A stretch of DNA of 64,000 bases from an uncultured Nitrososphaerota archaeon (GTDB lineage Archaea; Thermoproteota; Nitrososphaeria; Nitrososphaerales; Gagatemarchaeaceae), in NCBI GenBank assembly GCA_963838925.1, contig CAWISW010000003.1:96001-160000 (forward strand), in the 5' to 3' direction. The position numbers and the translations under genes were made by a program. Positions 9,043 through 16,706 of this stretch are shown one piece after another (the first letter of the stretch is position 1; every line of letters begins with the position of its first letter). The notes below the pieces were generated by a model. That model saw nothing but the letters and a program-made list of their open reading frames with translations. It did not search any database and was not told where the DNA came from.

Positions 9043-10395
9043 ATGCCAAAGGTCGCCGTGGTGGGGGGTGGCTTCGGCGGCGTGAGCGCTGCAGCGTGCG
9101 CCCGCAAGGCGGGGGCCGAGGTGACCTTGGTCGAGCGGACCGACGAGCTCCTGGGCGTCGGGCGCAACTCCGGCATCTTCTACAACGACGGGCGCCAGGC
9201 GGGCAGCGAGGAGCTGAAGGCCATGGGAGGGGGATACATCCTCGACATCATCGAGACTGCGCCCGTCCTCACGCATCCCCGCACCGACATGAACTGGAAC
9301 GCTCCGGAGGACCTGAAGCAGCAGATCCACACGCAGGCCATCTTCCACTGCATGAGGGCCGAGACCCACATCAGGAAGTACCTGCGAGACATCGGCGTGG
9401 AGCTCATCTTCGCCAACAGGGCCGTCGACGTGGAGGTGGGCAGGTCGCAACAGGCCAAGGGGGACCTCATCCTCAAGGTCGTGCTGGAGAAGGGCCAGAG
9501 GCTCGAGGTCGACGCGTTCGTCGACACCTCGGGCGGGGCCGGGGGGGTTCAAATCTGCAAGCAGTACGGTTACGGTTGCGTCGAGTGCCTGCTCCGCTGC
9601 AACACATTCGGCGACAGGGTTAGCATAGCGACAAAGGCGGGCGCGCCCGAGCTGAGGAAGATACGTGACTCGAAGCACGGGGGCGGCTTCGGGGGGCTGA
9701 GCTCCGCCTGCGCTTTCCACGACGACTCGATAGACTCCGAGCTCCTAGCCAACGTGAAGAGGGAGGGGAGCTGGAAGGTGCCCATCCCCGAGGAGGTCCA
9801 GCAGATGACAAAGATCGGCCTGAGCACCAACCTTCCCTACGACCCCTCGCACGTAAAGTCGATGAAGGTGGCATACCCCGGCTTCTTCAAGGCAAACGGG
9901 ATGGTCTTCATGCCCCTGGAGGACGTCAGGAAGATTCCGGGGTTCAAGGACGCCAGGTACTCCGACCCTCTTGGCGGGGGAGTGGGGAACGCCGTCCGCT
10001 TCATGTCGATGGCCCCGAGGGAGAACTCCATGAGGGTGCAGGGCTTCAGGAACCTCTTCGTGGGAGGGGAGAAGGGCGGCCCCACCGTCGGGATTCAGGA
10101 GTGCATGATCACGGGCGCCTTGGCGGGGCACAACGCAGCCCGCGTCGCCTTCGGCAAGGAGCCCCTGGTCCTCCCCAGGGAGACCCTCATCGGCGACTTC
10201 GTGGCCTATGTCGGGGAGATGATGCGGAGCGAGAAGGGCCTGACGGAGACCTACTCCATGACGAAGCCTCCCTACAGGACGAGGATGGCCGAGAGGGGCT
10301 GGTGGTCAAAGACGGTGCCCCAGGCGGTCGAGGAGGCCAAGCGCAGGGTGGAAGCCGCTGGCCTCACTGGGATGATGGCCAAGAAGCTCGGCTAA
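9043..10395 (+). CDS. GidA-related FAD-dependent oxidoreductase with Cys cluster
   Basis: Rossmann 'KVAVVGGGFGG', 'CKQYGYGCVECLLRC', 'NLFVGGEK...ITGALAGHNA'. Confidence 0.8.
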   Translation: MPKVAVVGGGFGGVSAAACARKAGAEVTLVERTDELLGVGRNSGIFYNDGRQAGSEELKAMGGGYILDIIETAPVLTHPRTDMNWNAPEDLKQQIHTQAIFHCMRAETHIRKYLRDIGVELIFANRAVDVEVGRSQQAKGDLILKVVLEKGQRLEVDAFVDTSGGAGGVQICKQYGYGCVECLLRCNTFGDRVSIATKAGAPELRKIRDSKHGGGFGGLSSACAFHDDSIDSELLANVKREGSWKVPIPEEVQQMTKIGLSTNLPYDPSHVKSMKVAYPGFFKANGMVFMPLEDVRKIPGFKDARYSDPLGGGVGNAVRFMSMAPRENSMRVQGFRNLFVGGEKGGPTVGIQECMITGALAGHNAARVAFGKEPLVLPRETLIGDFVAYVGEMMRSEKGLTETYSMTKPPYRTRMAERGWWSKTVPQAVEEAKRRVEAAGLTGMMAKKLG

Positions 10396-10431
10396 GCGCG
10401 ATGACGCCGTGTCTCGGATGGACACTCGCCG

Positions 10432-11277
10432 TCATTCCAGCCAGACAGAGTCAGCTCGCTTGACGTTGCCACCCCGTTCGACAGAAGCATATACCCCGAC
10501 GACTCCCTTGTTGTGGCGGGCGGCCGTGCGCAGGACGCCCATGTCGCGGGGCAAGTCCCCCTGGGCGAGCGTCGTCATCACGCACCTGCCGCAGGGGCTG
10601 CTGACCTTCAACCGAACCTCCTCTCCCACCCTAAGGGTTCGGCCGACCCAACCGTTCTCCACGAAGTCCTTCACGTGCTGAGACGGTTCAACCACTATGT
10701 TCGGCCTGAACCGCCTGGCTTCGAAGCGGCCTTCGGGGTGTAGCTCCCGAAGTCGGTCCGTCGTTGCGGTCGTAAGGACGTGGACGGAGGCGCCGTCGAA
10801 GAATGTCTGTGCGGGCATGAATTCCTCCGTGACTTTCTCCCTGTTGGCGATCCCCTCCATGTCCGGCCAGTACTCCTCGTAACTGTGCTTCTCCAACGAT
10901 GGCGTCATGAGCCTGACCTGAGCGCCGAGCGCTTCCGACAGCACGCCGTCGGCCCCGGGCTGGCCTGCCATCACCGACCTGCCGTCCGGAAGGGAGATCC
11001 GAACGTCAGGGAGCGGTTCGCCAGACTTGGGAGGGTCGACGAACGAAGCCCGAAAATCGAAGAGCCTCCCCCACTTCCGAGGGTTCTTCGCGCTCGCCAC
11101 CTTTCCGGTAGCTTGGTCGACGAGAGCGCGGGTGCGATCGCCGAGCAGCCCGCGTTCCGTGACATACGAGGCGTTGAGCTCCTCTCCCATCATTGACTTT
11201 ATGGGGTACCGCCAGAGAGAAGCCACTGAGCCGACCGGGGCCAGAGCCCCTTTGGACGTGGTCTCGGTTTGTTCCAT
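10432..11277 (-). CDS. MOSC-domain protein
   Basis: 'LWRYPIKSMMGE', 'RRFRPNIV', 'PCGRCVMTT'. Confidence 0.92.
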   Translation of the reverse strand: MEQTETTSKGALAPVGSVASLWRYPIKSMMGEELNASYVTERGLLGDRTRALVDQATGKVASAKNPRKWGRLFDFRASFVDPPKSGEPLPDVRISLPDGRSVMAGQPGADGVLSEALGAQVRLMTPSLEKHSYEEYWPDMEGIANREKVTEEFMPAQTFFDGASVHVLTTATTDRLRELHPEGRFEARRFRPNIVVEPSQHVKDFVENGWVGRTLRVGEEVRLKVSSPCGRCVMTTLAQGDLPRDMGVLRTAARHNKGVVGVYASVERGGNVKRADSVWLE

Positions 11278-11360
11278 CGATGCTCCTGGGCAATCCAATC
11301 CTGGCGCATTTAAGACTGGTTGTCCTAATCTTCGGATACACCCCGAACAGCTAGGGACGT

Positions 11361-11861
11361 CTACGAGCGAGCCTTGCGCTTCTTTGTGGGAGCCATCTTC
11401 TCAGCCGCGGCTTGGACCGACCTCACGATGTTGACGTAGCCCGTGCACATGCAGAGGTTCCCCGATAGCCCCGCCCTGATCTCCTCCTCGGTGGGGCGGG
11501 GGTTTCTCTGGAGGAGGTCGTAGGCTGTCAGAAGCATCCCCGGGGTGCAGTAGCCGCACTGGAGGCCGTGGTGCTCCCAGAAGGCCTCCTGTATCGGGTG
11601 CAGCTGCGAGCCCTTCGCCAGGCCCTCGACGGTCAGTATCTCGGCCCCCTCGGCCTGCTGGGCGAAGATCAGGCAGGACTTGACGGCCTTGCCGTTCAGG
11701 ATGACCGTGCACGCGCCGCACTTTCCGACGATGCAGCCTATGTGGGTGCCGGTGAGCCCGAGCTCCTCCCTGATGAAGTGGGAGAGCAGGGTCCTGGGCT
11801 CGGCGCTGCCGGAGCACCTCTTGCCGTTGACTGTCAGGTCGACCTGCTTCAGCGAGCCCAT
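11361..11861 (-). CDS. 2x[2Fe-2S] small subunit (CoxS/CutS-like)
   Basis: 'GCIVGKCGACTV', 'QCGYCTPG', 'GNLCMCTGY'; true start is ATG 11861, not the 12464 ORF extension. Confidence 0.93.
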   Translation of the reverse strand: MGSLKQVDLTVNGKRCSGSAEPRTLLSHFIREELGLTGTHIGCIVGKCGACTVILNGKAVKSCLIFAQQAEGAEILTVEGLAKGSQLHPIQEAFWEHHGLQCGYCTPGMLLTAYDLLQRNPRPTEEEIRAGLSGNLCMCTGYVNIVRSVQAAAEKMAPTKKRKARS

Positions 11862-11869
11862 CCCCCGTC

Positions 11870-12730
11870 TCAGATTCTGTCCAAGCTCTGCTTTATGGCT
11901 CTCCTCACGTAGACCTTGACCATCTCGCGCTTGTACTCTGCGTTCCCCCTGATGTCGGAAGCCGGCTCGGACATCTCGGCGGCCCTCTCCCCTGCCTCGG
12001 CCACCGCGTCGTCGCTGGGCTTCCGCCCCCTCAGCGCGTCCTCGGCTTTCATGGCTCTCAGCGGGGTCGGACCTACCCCCGCCAAGCCGAGCCTCGCGTC
12101 CTTGCAGACCCCGGCCTTGTCCAGGGTCACGACCGCCGCCACCCCGACCGTCGCCAGGTCGCTCGCGCCTCTCGAGAGCTTGACGTAGGCCCCCGCGGTC
12201 CTGGGCGGGAGGACGGGGACCCTGACCTCGACGAGGATCTCGCTCTTTCGGAGGCTGGTCATGAGGATGCCGCGGAAGAAGTCCCTTGCGTCGATCGTGC
12301 GTTCGTTGGAGGGGCCTTTCACCCTGAGCTCCGCCCCTAGCGCGAGCACGGTGGCGGGGACGTCTCCCGCGGGGTCGGCCTGGCAGATTGTGCCTCCGAT
12401 CGTTCCCTTGTTCCTGACCTGATGGTCGCCGATGCTGCCAGCGGCCTCGGACAGGACGCCGCACCTTTCGTTGACGATTGGTGACGAGGCCACGTCGTTG
12501 TGGGTCGTCATCGAGCCGATGAGAAGCTGGTCCTTCCCCTTCCTCACGTAGGAGAGCCCGGATATCCTCCCAAGGTCGACGACGTTCTCTGGGCTCACGA
12601 GCCTCAGCTTCATGAGCGGGACGAGGCTCTGGCCCCCCGCCAAGACCCTGGCGTCACTCATCTTCTTGAGCATCGACGTTGCTTCTGTGACGGTCGAGGG
12701 CGAGTGAAGTTCGAAAGGGCGGGGAATCAT
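11870..12730 (-). CDS. FAD-binding medium subunit (CoxM/CutM-like)
   Basis: 'LAGGQSLVPLMKLR', 'QVRNKGTIGG', 'ADPAGD', 'AEYKR'. Confidence 0.93.
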   Translation of the reverse strand: MIPRPFELHSPSTVTEATSMLKKMSDARVLAGGQSLVPLMKLRLVSPENVVDLGRISGLSYVRKGKDQLLIGSMTTHNDVASSPIVNERCGVLSEAAGSIGDHQVRNKGTIGGTICQADPAGDVPATVLALGAELRVKGPSNERTIDARDFFRGILMTSLRKSEILVEVRVPVLPPRTAGAYVKLSRGASDLATVGVAAVVTLDKAGVCKDARLGLAGVGPTPLRAMKAEDALRGRKPSDDAVAEAGERAAEMSEPASDIRGNAEYKREMVKVYVRRAIKQSLDRI

Positions 12731-12780
12731 GCCCAGTCTTCGGACTCTTGAAAAGTAGATATGTCTTTTGCGCGTGAAAA

Positions 12781-13209
12781 TTGCTCTGGAAGGCCAGACT
12801 CCTGCTCAAGTGGCTAGACTTGCCCCGAAGCGCTGGATGGATTATTGGCACAAGCCTTAGAAGCTTCTATGGGCTGAATTTCCTCGGAGCCTTGAAACGA
12901 AGAACCAAGGCCTTGTTGCCCGCTTTCTTTGGGGTTGTAATCCTCGGGGCATTGCTCGTTCCCATTCTCCCCACGCAACCCGAGATATGCATCGGCCGGT
13001 GCACGACGATTGTTACCCAAGCGAACGAATCCATTTCATTGAAGTATCTCGGGTATGGCTTCATGTCCTCAGATGTCCAAGTCATGAATAACGCGACTGC
13101 TTCGCATTGGGAGTACTGGTGGTGTTACCCTTTACCGCCTCAGCCTGTTAGATTACTCTACAACTTCCAATGCGCTGACCCTTACAGCATTGACAACATA
13201 CATTTGTGA
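12781..13209 (+). CDS. Hypothetical membrane-anchored protein in a lower-GC stretch (start uncertain)
   Basis: Hydrophobic 'LLPAFFGVVILGALLVPIL' followed by a Cys-containing region. Confidence 0.45.
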   Translation: MLWKARLLLKWLDLPRSAGWIIGTSLRSFYGLNFLGALKRRTKALLPAFFGVVILGALLVPILPTQPEICIGRCTTIVTQANESISLKYLGYGFMSSDVQVMNNATASHWEYWWCYPLPPQPVRLLYNFQCADPYSIDNIHL

Positions 13210-13321
13210 GTGCCGTCGTCACCCGCGGTGCAACATGGTCAGAATTCATCCCGAAGATGCAACAGCACCAGAAAATTGGTGGCCAGGCGCCCTGCGGCGT
13301 GCGCCTGACGCTTTGGGTCCC

Positions 13322-13717
13322 CTAGTTCTGCCTTGGAATGGTCGCGAATGCGACGGCCTTTTCATCGGTCGCCTTCGAGCCGATGTCCAAGACCTCGTCT
13401 ACCGATGAGACGAAGATCTTCCCGTCTCCGACGGACTGCGTAGAGGCACTGGCCATGATCGCATCGATTACGCCCTTTGCGTTGCTGTCCTGGACAAGGA
13501 TCTCAAGCTTGAGGTGCTTGATGTACTCTTCCTCGTAGTTCCATCTGCCCTTCGCTAGGACCGTTGTCGTGTGCCTGGCGCGTCCCCTTCCTGCGACTTC
13601 CTCGACTGTGAGTCCGCTGACTCCAAGCCTCTTCAAGGCTGCGTCGACTTCGGGGAACTTTTCCCTTCTGATTATCGCTTCAATCTTCTTCAAGATTGTT
13701 TTCGCCTGCGTAGTCAA
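13322..13717 (-). CDS. P-II family protein (divergent)
   Basis: 'KKIEAIIR', 'GVSGLTV..V.GRG', 'GDGKIFVS.V'. Confidence 0.88.
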   Translation of the reverse strand: MTTQAKTILKKIEAIIRREKFPEVDAALKRLGVSGLTVEEVAGRGRARHTTTVLAKGRWNYEEEYIKHLKLEILVQDSNAKGVIDAIMASASTQSVGDGKIFVSSVDEVLDIGSKATDEKAVAFATIPRQN

Positions 13718-13892
13718 TGGCCCCGCTTTTACTTAAGCGTTGTGCCTAATCCTTACGATTGGATTTTTGCTATATATAGTCTCCAAACGTTTGGATTTTA
13801 GCTATAAGAAGTTCAAACTCAATCGCCCCTGGACTATTTATGGCGAGCAAACATACGTCCAAGGGCCGTTTTCGTCTCTCGGTCCGATGCGC

Positions 13893-15344
13893 TTAGCCTT
13901 GGGCAGGCTCGCCCTTCGCCACCGCCCCTCGGCGTCGCGAAGGACCCCTCAGCACGGAGGGGATGATTCCGAGGAGCAGGAAGATCGTGGACAGGTAGTA
14001 GACGGTGTGGATGGAATCGATGAAGCTGCCGATCCAGGGCGCCGTGCCTAGTGCCGTGCCTCCGACGAAGATGTTCTGGAGGTCTGCTATCGGGACGCCA
14101 GCCGTCAGGACGTAGAACGCGATGCCGAGGCTGAAGCTCGCGCCGGCTATGAAGACGGTCGTGCTGGTCCCCGTCGCGATTCCCCTCGCCCAAGGAGGGA
14201 CAGAGTTCATCACTGACGCCCTGTTGGGGGACTGGAAGAGCCCTATCCCCGCACCCACGAGCGACAGCGGGAGGGCGAGCTGCCAGAAGGTAATGGTCCT
14301 TCCGATTGTCGCCAGGAGGAGGAAGCCCATGCTCGAGACTATGAGCCCCGCCGTCGCGAAGAACCTCGGTCCGCGCTTGTCCGATAGGTACCCGCTGAGG
14401 GGACCGAGGAGGGCTATCGAGACCGAGATGGGGATGAGGAAGATCCCGGCGGAGAGGGCGTCCAGGCCCATCGACGGCCCCTGGAGGTAGAACGTCAGGA
14501 CCAGCGTCACGGCGCCTCTCGCCATCGAGTTGAGGAGGCTGGCGACCGTCCCGGCCGTGAAGAGCCTTATCTTGAAGAGCGAGAGGTCGAGCATCGGGTC
14601 CTTCTCCCTTCGCTCTGTGAAGACGAACGCCGCGAGGAGTGCCGCGCCCGCGCCGAGGAGGAGGACGAACTGTTCGGGTTGCAGCAGCGAGACCGCGTCG
14701 AGCGTTATCGCCACGAGCACGGTGGCGAGGCCGCCCGCGAAGGTGACGTTCCCGAGGACGTCTATGCTCTGCCCCTTCCTTATCACGGCGAGCTCCTTCA
14801 GCTTGTAGTGAGACCAGATAGTCGCGAAGATCCCGATGGGGATGTTGACGTAGAAAATCGACTGCCAGCCGGCCACGGAGGTCAGGACCCCTCCGAGGAC
14901 GAGCCCCATCAGGGAGCCGATCACGATGGAGACCTGGTTGATCCCGAGCGCCTTTCCCCGCTCGTCCTCCGGGAAGGCGTCCGTGATTATGGCGCCGCTG
15001 TTCGAGAAGAGGAAGGCCGAGCCTACTCCCTGGAGGAGCCTGAACGCTATGAGCTGCTCGCCCGTCTGGGAGAGGCTGGAGAGCGCCGAGGCCGCGGTGA
15101 AGAGGGCGAAGCCGAACGTGTAGAGCCTCACCCGCCCGAACATGTCCGAGAGGCGCCCGAAGTTCACGAGCAGCGAGCCGTTGACGAGCTGGTACCCGAG
15201 TAGGATCCACAGGAGGTCGAAGAAGGACGTGGCGCGGAGCTCCCTCGAAATCGTTGGTAGCGCTATGAGGACGATGTTGGTGTCGAGGGACGCCATCAGG
15301 GTCCCGAGGGTCGTGTTGGAGAGGACGACCCACTTGTACTGCAA
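13893..15344 (-). CDS. MFS transporter, DHA2/EmrB type
   Basis: 'LDTNIVLIALPTI', 'GRLSDMFGR', 'WQSIFYVNIPIG'. Confidence 0.92.
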   Translation of the reverse strand: MQYKWVVLSNTTLGTLMASLDTNIVLIALPTISRELRATSFFDLLWILLGYQLVNGSLLVNFGRLSDMFGRVRLYTFGFALFTAASALSSLSQTGEQLIAFRLLQGVGSAFLFSNSGAIITDAFPEDERGKALGINQVSIVIGSLMGLVLGGVLTSVAGWQSIFYVNIPIGIFATIWSHYKLKELAVIRKGQSIDVLGNVTFAGGLATVLVAITLDAVSLLQPEQFVLLLGAGAALLAAFVFTERREKDPMLDLSLFKIRLFTAGTVASLLNSMARGAVTLVLTFYLQGPSMGLDALSAGIFLIPISVSIALLGPLSGYLSDKRGPRFFATAGLIVSSMGFLLLATIGRTITFWQLALPLSLVGAGIGLFQSPNRASVMNSVPPWARGIATGTSTTVFIAGASFSLGIAFYVLTAGVPIADLQNIFVGGTALGTAPWIGSFIDSIHTVYYLSTIFLLLGIIPSVLRGPSRRRGAVAKGEPAQG

Positions 15345-15459
15345 ATCGATCTTGCACCGAGCCCCTCGAGATTCTTGACTCCGGCCCTCAGGCCAGAGGT
15401 ATTAACGATAGTGATGCCCTAGCACTCGAAGGCGCCCGTCCTTGCCGGAAGGCGCGTGC

Positions 15460-15960
15460 CTAGCAGTAGGTCGCGGAGAGCGTCGTATTGATCACGATAC
15501 TGGTGGAGTATGTCGTGCCGTCGCTGAACTCCACTTCCGCCTTGATCGTGTACGGCGCCGCGGTGGGCATGACCGTGCAGGGGATGGAATTGCCGGCCTT
15601 GCACAGGATCTGCTGTTGCGGTTGGATGGTGTCGGTGACGCAGGCTCCAAGCGAGACTCCGTTGACGTACATGGTTGTGTTCTGGACCTTCACCGCCGCG
15701 TTGTTGAGGATGTACGCGGAGACGCCCAGGCCGACTTGCCCGTCCTCGATGCTCGGTTGGTCTGTCAGCGTGGCGTTAGAGAGCGTCACCGTGTCCTGCG
15801 GCGTCGAGGAGGACGGGGAGGAACTGTTGGTGGCGCTCGACGTCCCTGGGGAGCTCCTCAAGACGCTGAACCCGATGAGCGCGCCGGCGACCACCACAAC
15901 TATCGCCAATGCCAGATAGAGCCTGCCGCGGCTCTTCCGCCTCTTCCTCAGGGATGCCAT
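15460..15960 (-). CDS. Hypothetical membrane-anchored surface protein
   Basis: Basic N-terminus, TM helix, Ser/Thr linker, beta-rich domain with 4 Cys. Confidence 0.7.
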   Translation of the reverse strand: MASLRKRRKSRGRLYLALAIVVVVAGALIGFSVLRSSPGTSSATNSSSPSSSTPQDTVTLSNATLTDQPSIEDGQVGLGVSAYILNNAAVKVQNTTMYVNGVSLGACVTDTIQPQQQILCKAGNSIPCTVMPTAAPYTIKAEVEFSDGTTYSTSIVINTTLSATYC

Positions 15961-16070
15961 GGGCCTGAGGCCGCCCGTGCGTGGGCGCCATTCTTAAGCG
16001 CGATGACGGACTTAATATCCCTGGCCGCCGGTAGACATAGAGACATGACCCCGCTCGGAGGCCGGCCGGC

Positions 16071-16310
16071 TTGACCCTTCTCGCCTTCGTCATGATCAAC
16101 GTCCAGGTGGGCAGCGACAGGGACGTGGTCAGCGAGCTTAGGGCGCTCAAAGGGGTGAAGGAGGTCGACGAGGTCTACGCCGTCTACGACATCGTCGCGA
16201 TTGTCGAGGCCGAGAGCATGCACGAGCTCACAGAGCTGGTGAACTCGCACATCAGGAAGATCAGCAGCGTCACCAGCACCAACACGATAATCGCCGAGAA
16301 GTATCCGTAG
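16071..16310 (+). CDS. Stand-alone Lrp/AsnC ligand-binding (RAM) domain protein
   Basis: 'AFVMINV...GVKEVDEVYAVYDIVAIVEA...IRKISSVTSTNT'. Confidence 0.88.
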   Translation: MTLLAFVMINVQVGSDRDVVSELRALKGVKEVDEVYAVYDIVAIVEAESMHELTELVNSHIRKISSVTSTNTIIAEKYP

Positions 16311-16376
16311 GAATCGCGGCAGCCGCCGGGCGACCTTATTAGACACCCGAGGCGCCTCATCTGTCAGGCGAGAGGC

Positions 16377-16706
16377 GTGAAGAGGATCGGGCTGGGCATC
16401 GGACTCATAGTGACCGTGCTGGTGCCGATAGCCCTCGTTCTCTTCGGGGTCCTAAGGCCAGTGGCCGCCCTCTCCGCGATCCTCCTGCTCAGCGGCCTGT
16501 GGACGTTCGCGTTCGGGCTCTTCATGGAACCGAAGACGGACAGGCTCTACTACTCCGGCTTTGGGGTCATCGTGGCCCTTCTGTCGACGTTCCACTTCAT
16601 CGCCTTCCGATACACCGCCGGGCTGGTCGTTGTCGCGATCGTCGTGCTGGCCCTGATATCTGCAGTCTTCAAGCCGGGCGCGACGCCGGCCCCGAAGAAG
16701 CCCTAG
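16377..16706 (+). CDS. Small four-TM membrane protein
   Basis: Four hydrophobic segments; host-like codon usage. Confidence 0.75.
   Translation: MKRIGLGIGLIVTVLVPIALVLFGVLRPVAALSAILLLSGLWTFAFGLFMEPKTDRLYYSGFGVIVALLSTFHFIAFRYTAGLVVVAIVVLALISAVFKPGATPAPKKP

Noticed and set aside
11361-12464. 367-aa extended small subunit (likewise the 580-aa GlcD and 483-aa flavoprotein ORFs)
   Set aside because: The N-terminal extensions overlap upstream genes; homology starts at internal start codons
5717-12730. Aerobic CO dehydrogenase (coxMSL) call
   Set aside because: The large subunit lacks the AYRCSFR Cu-binding loop, and no coxDEFG genes are in the window
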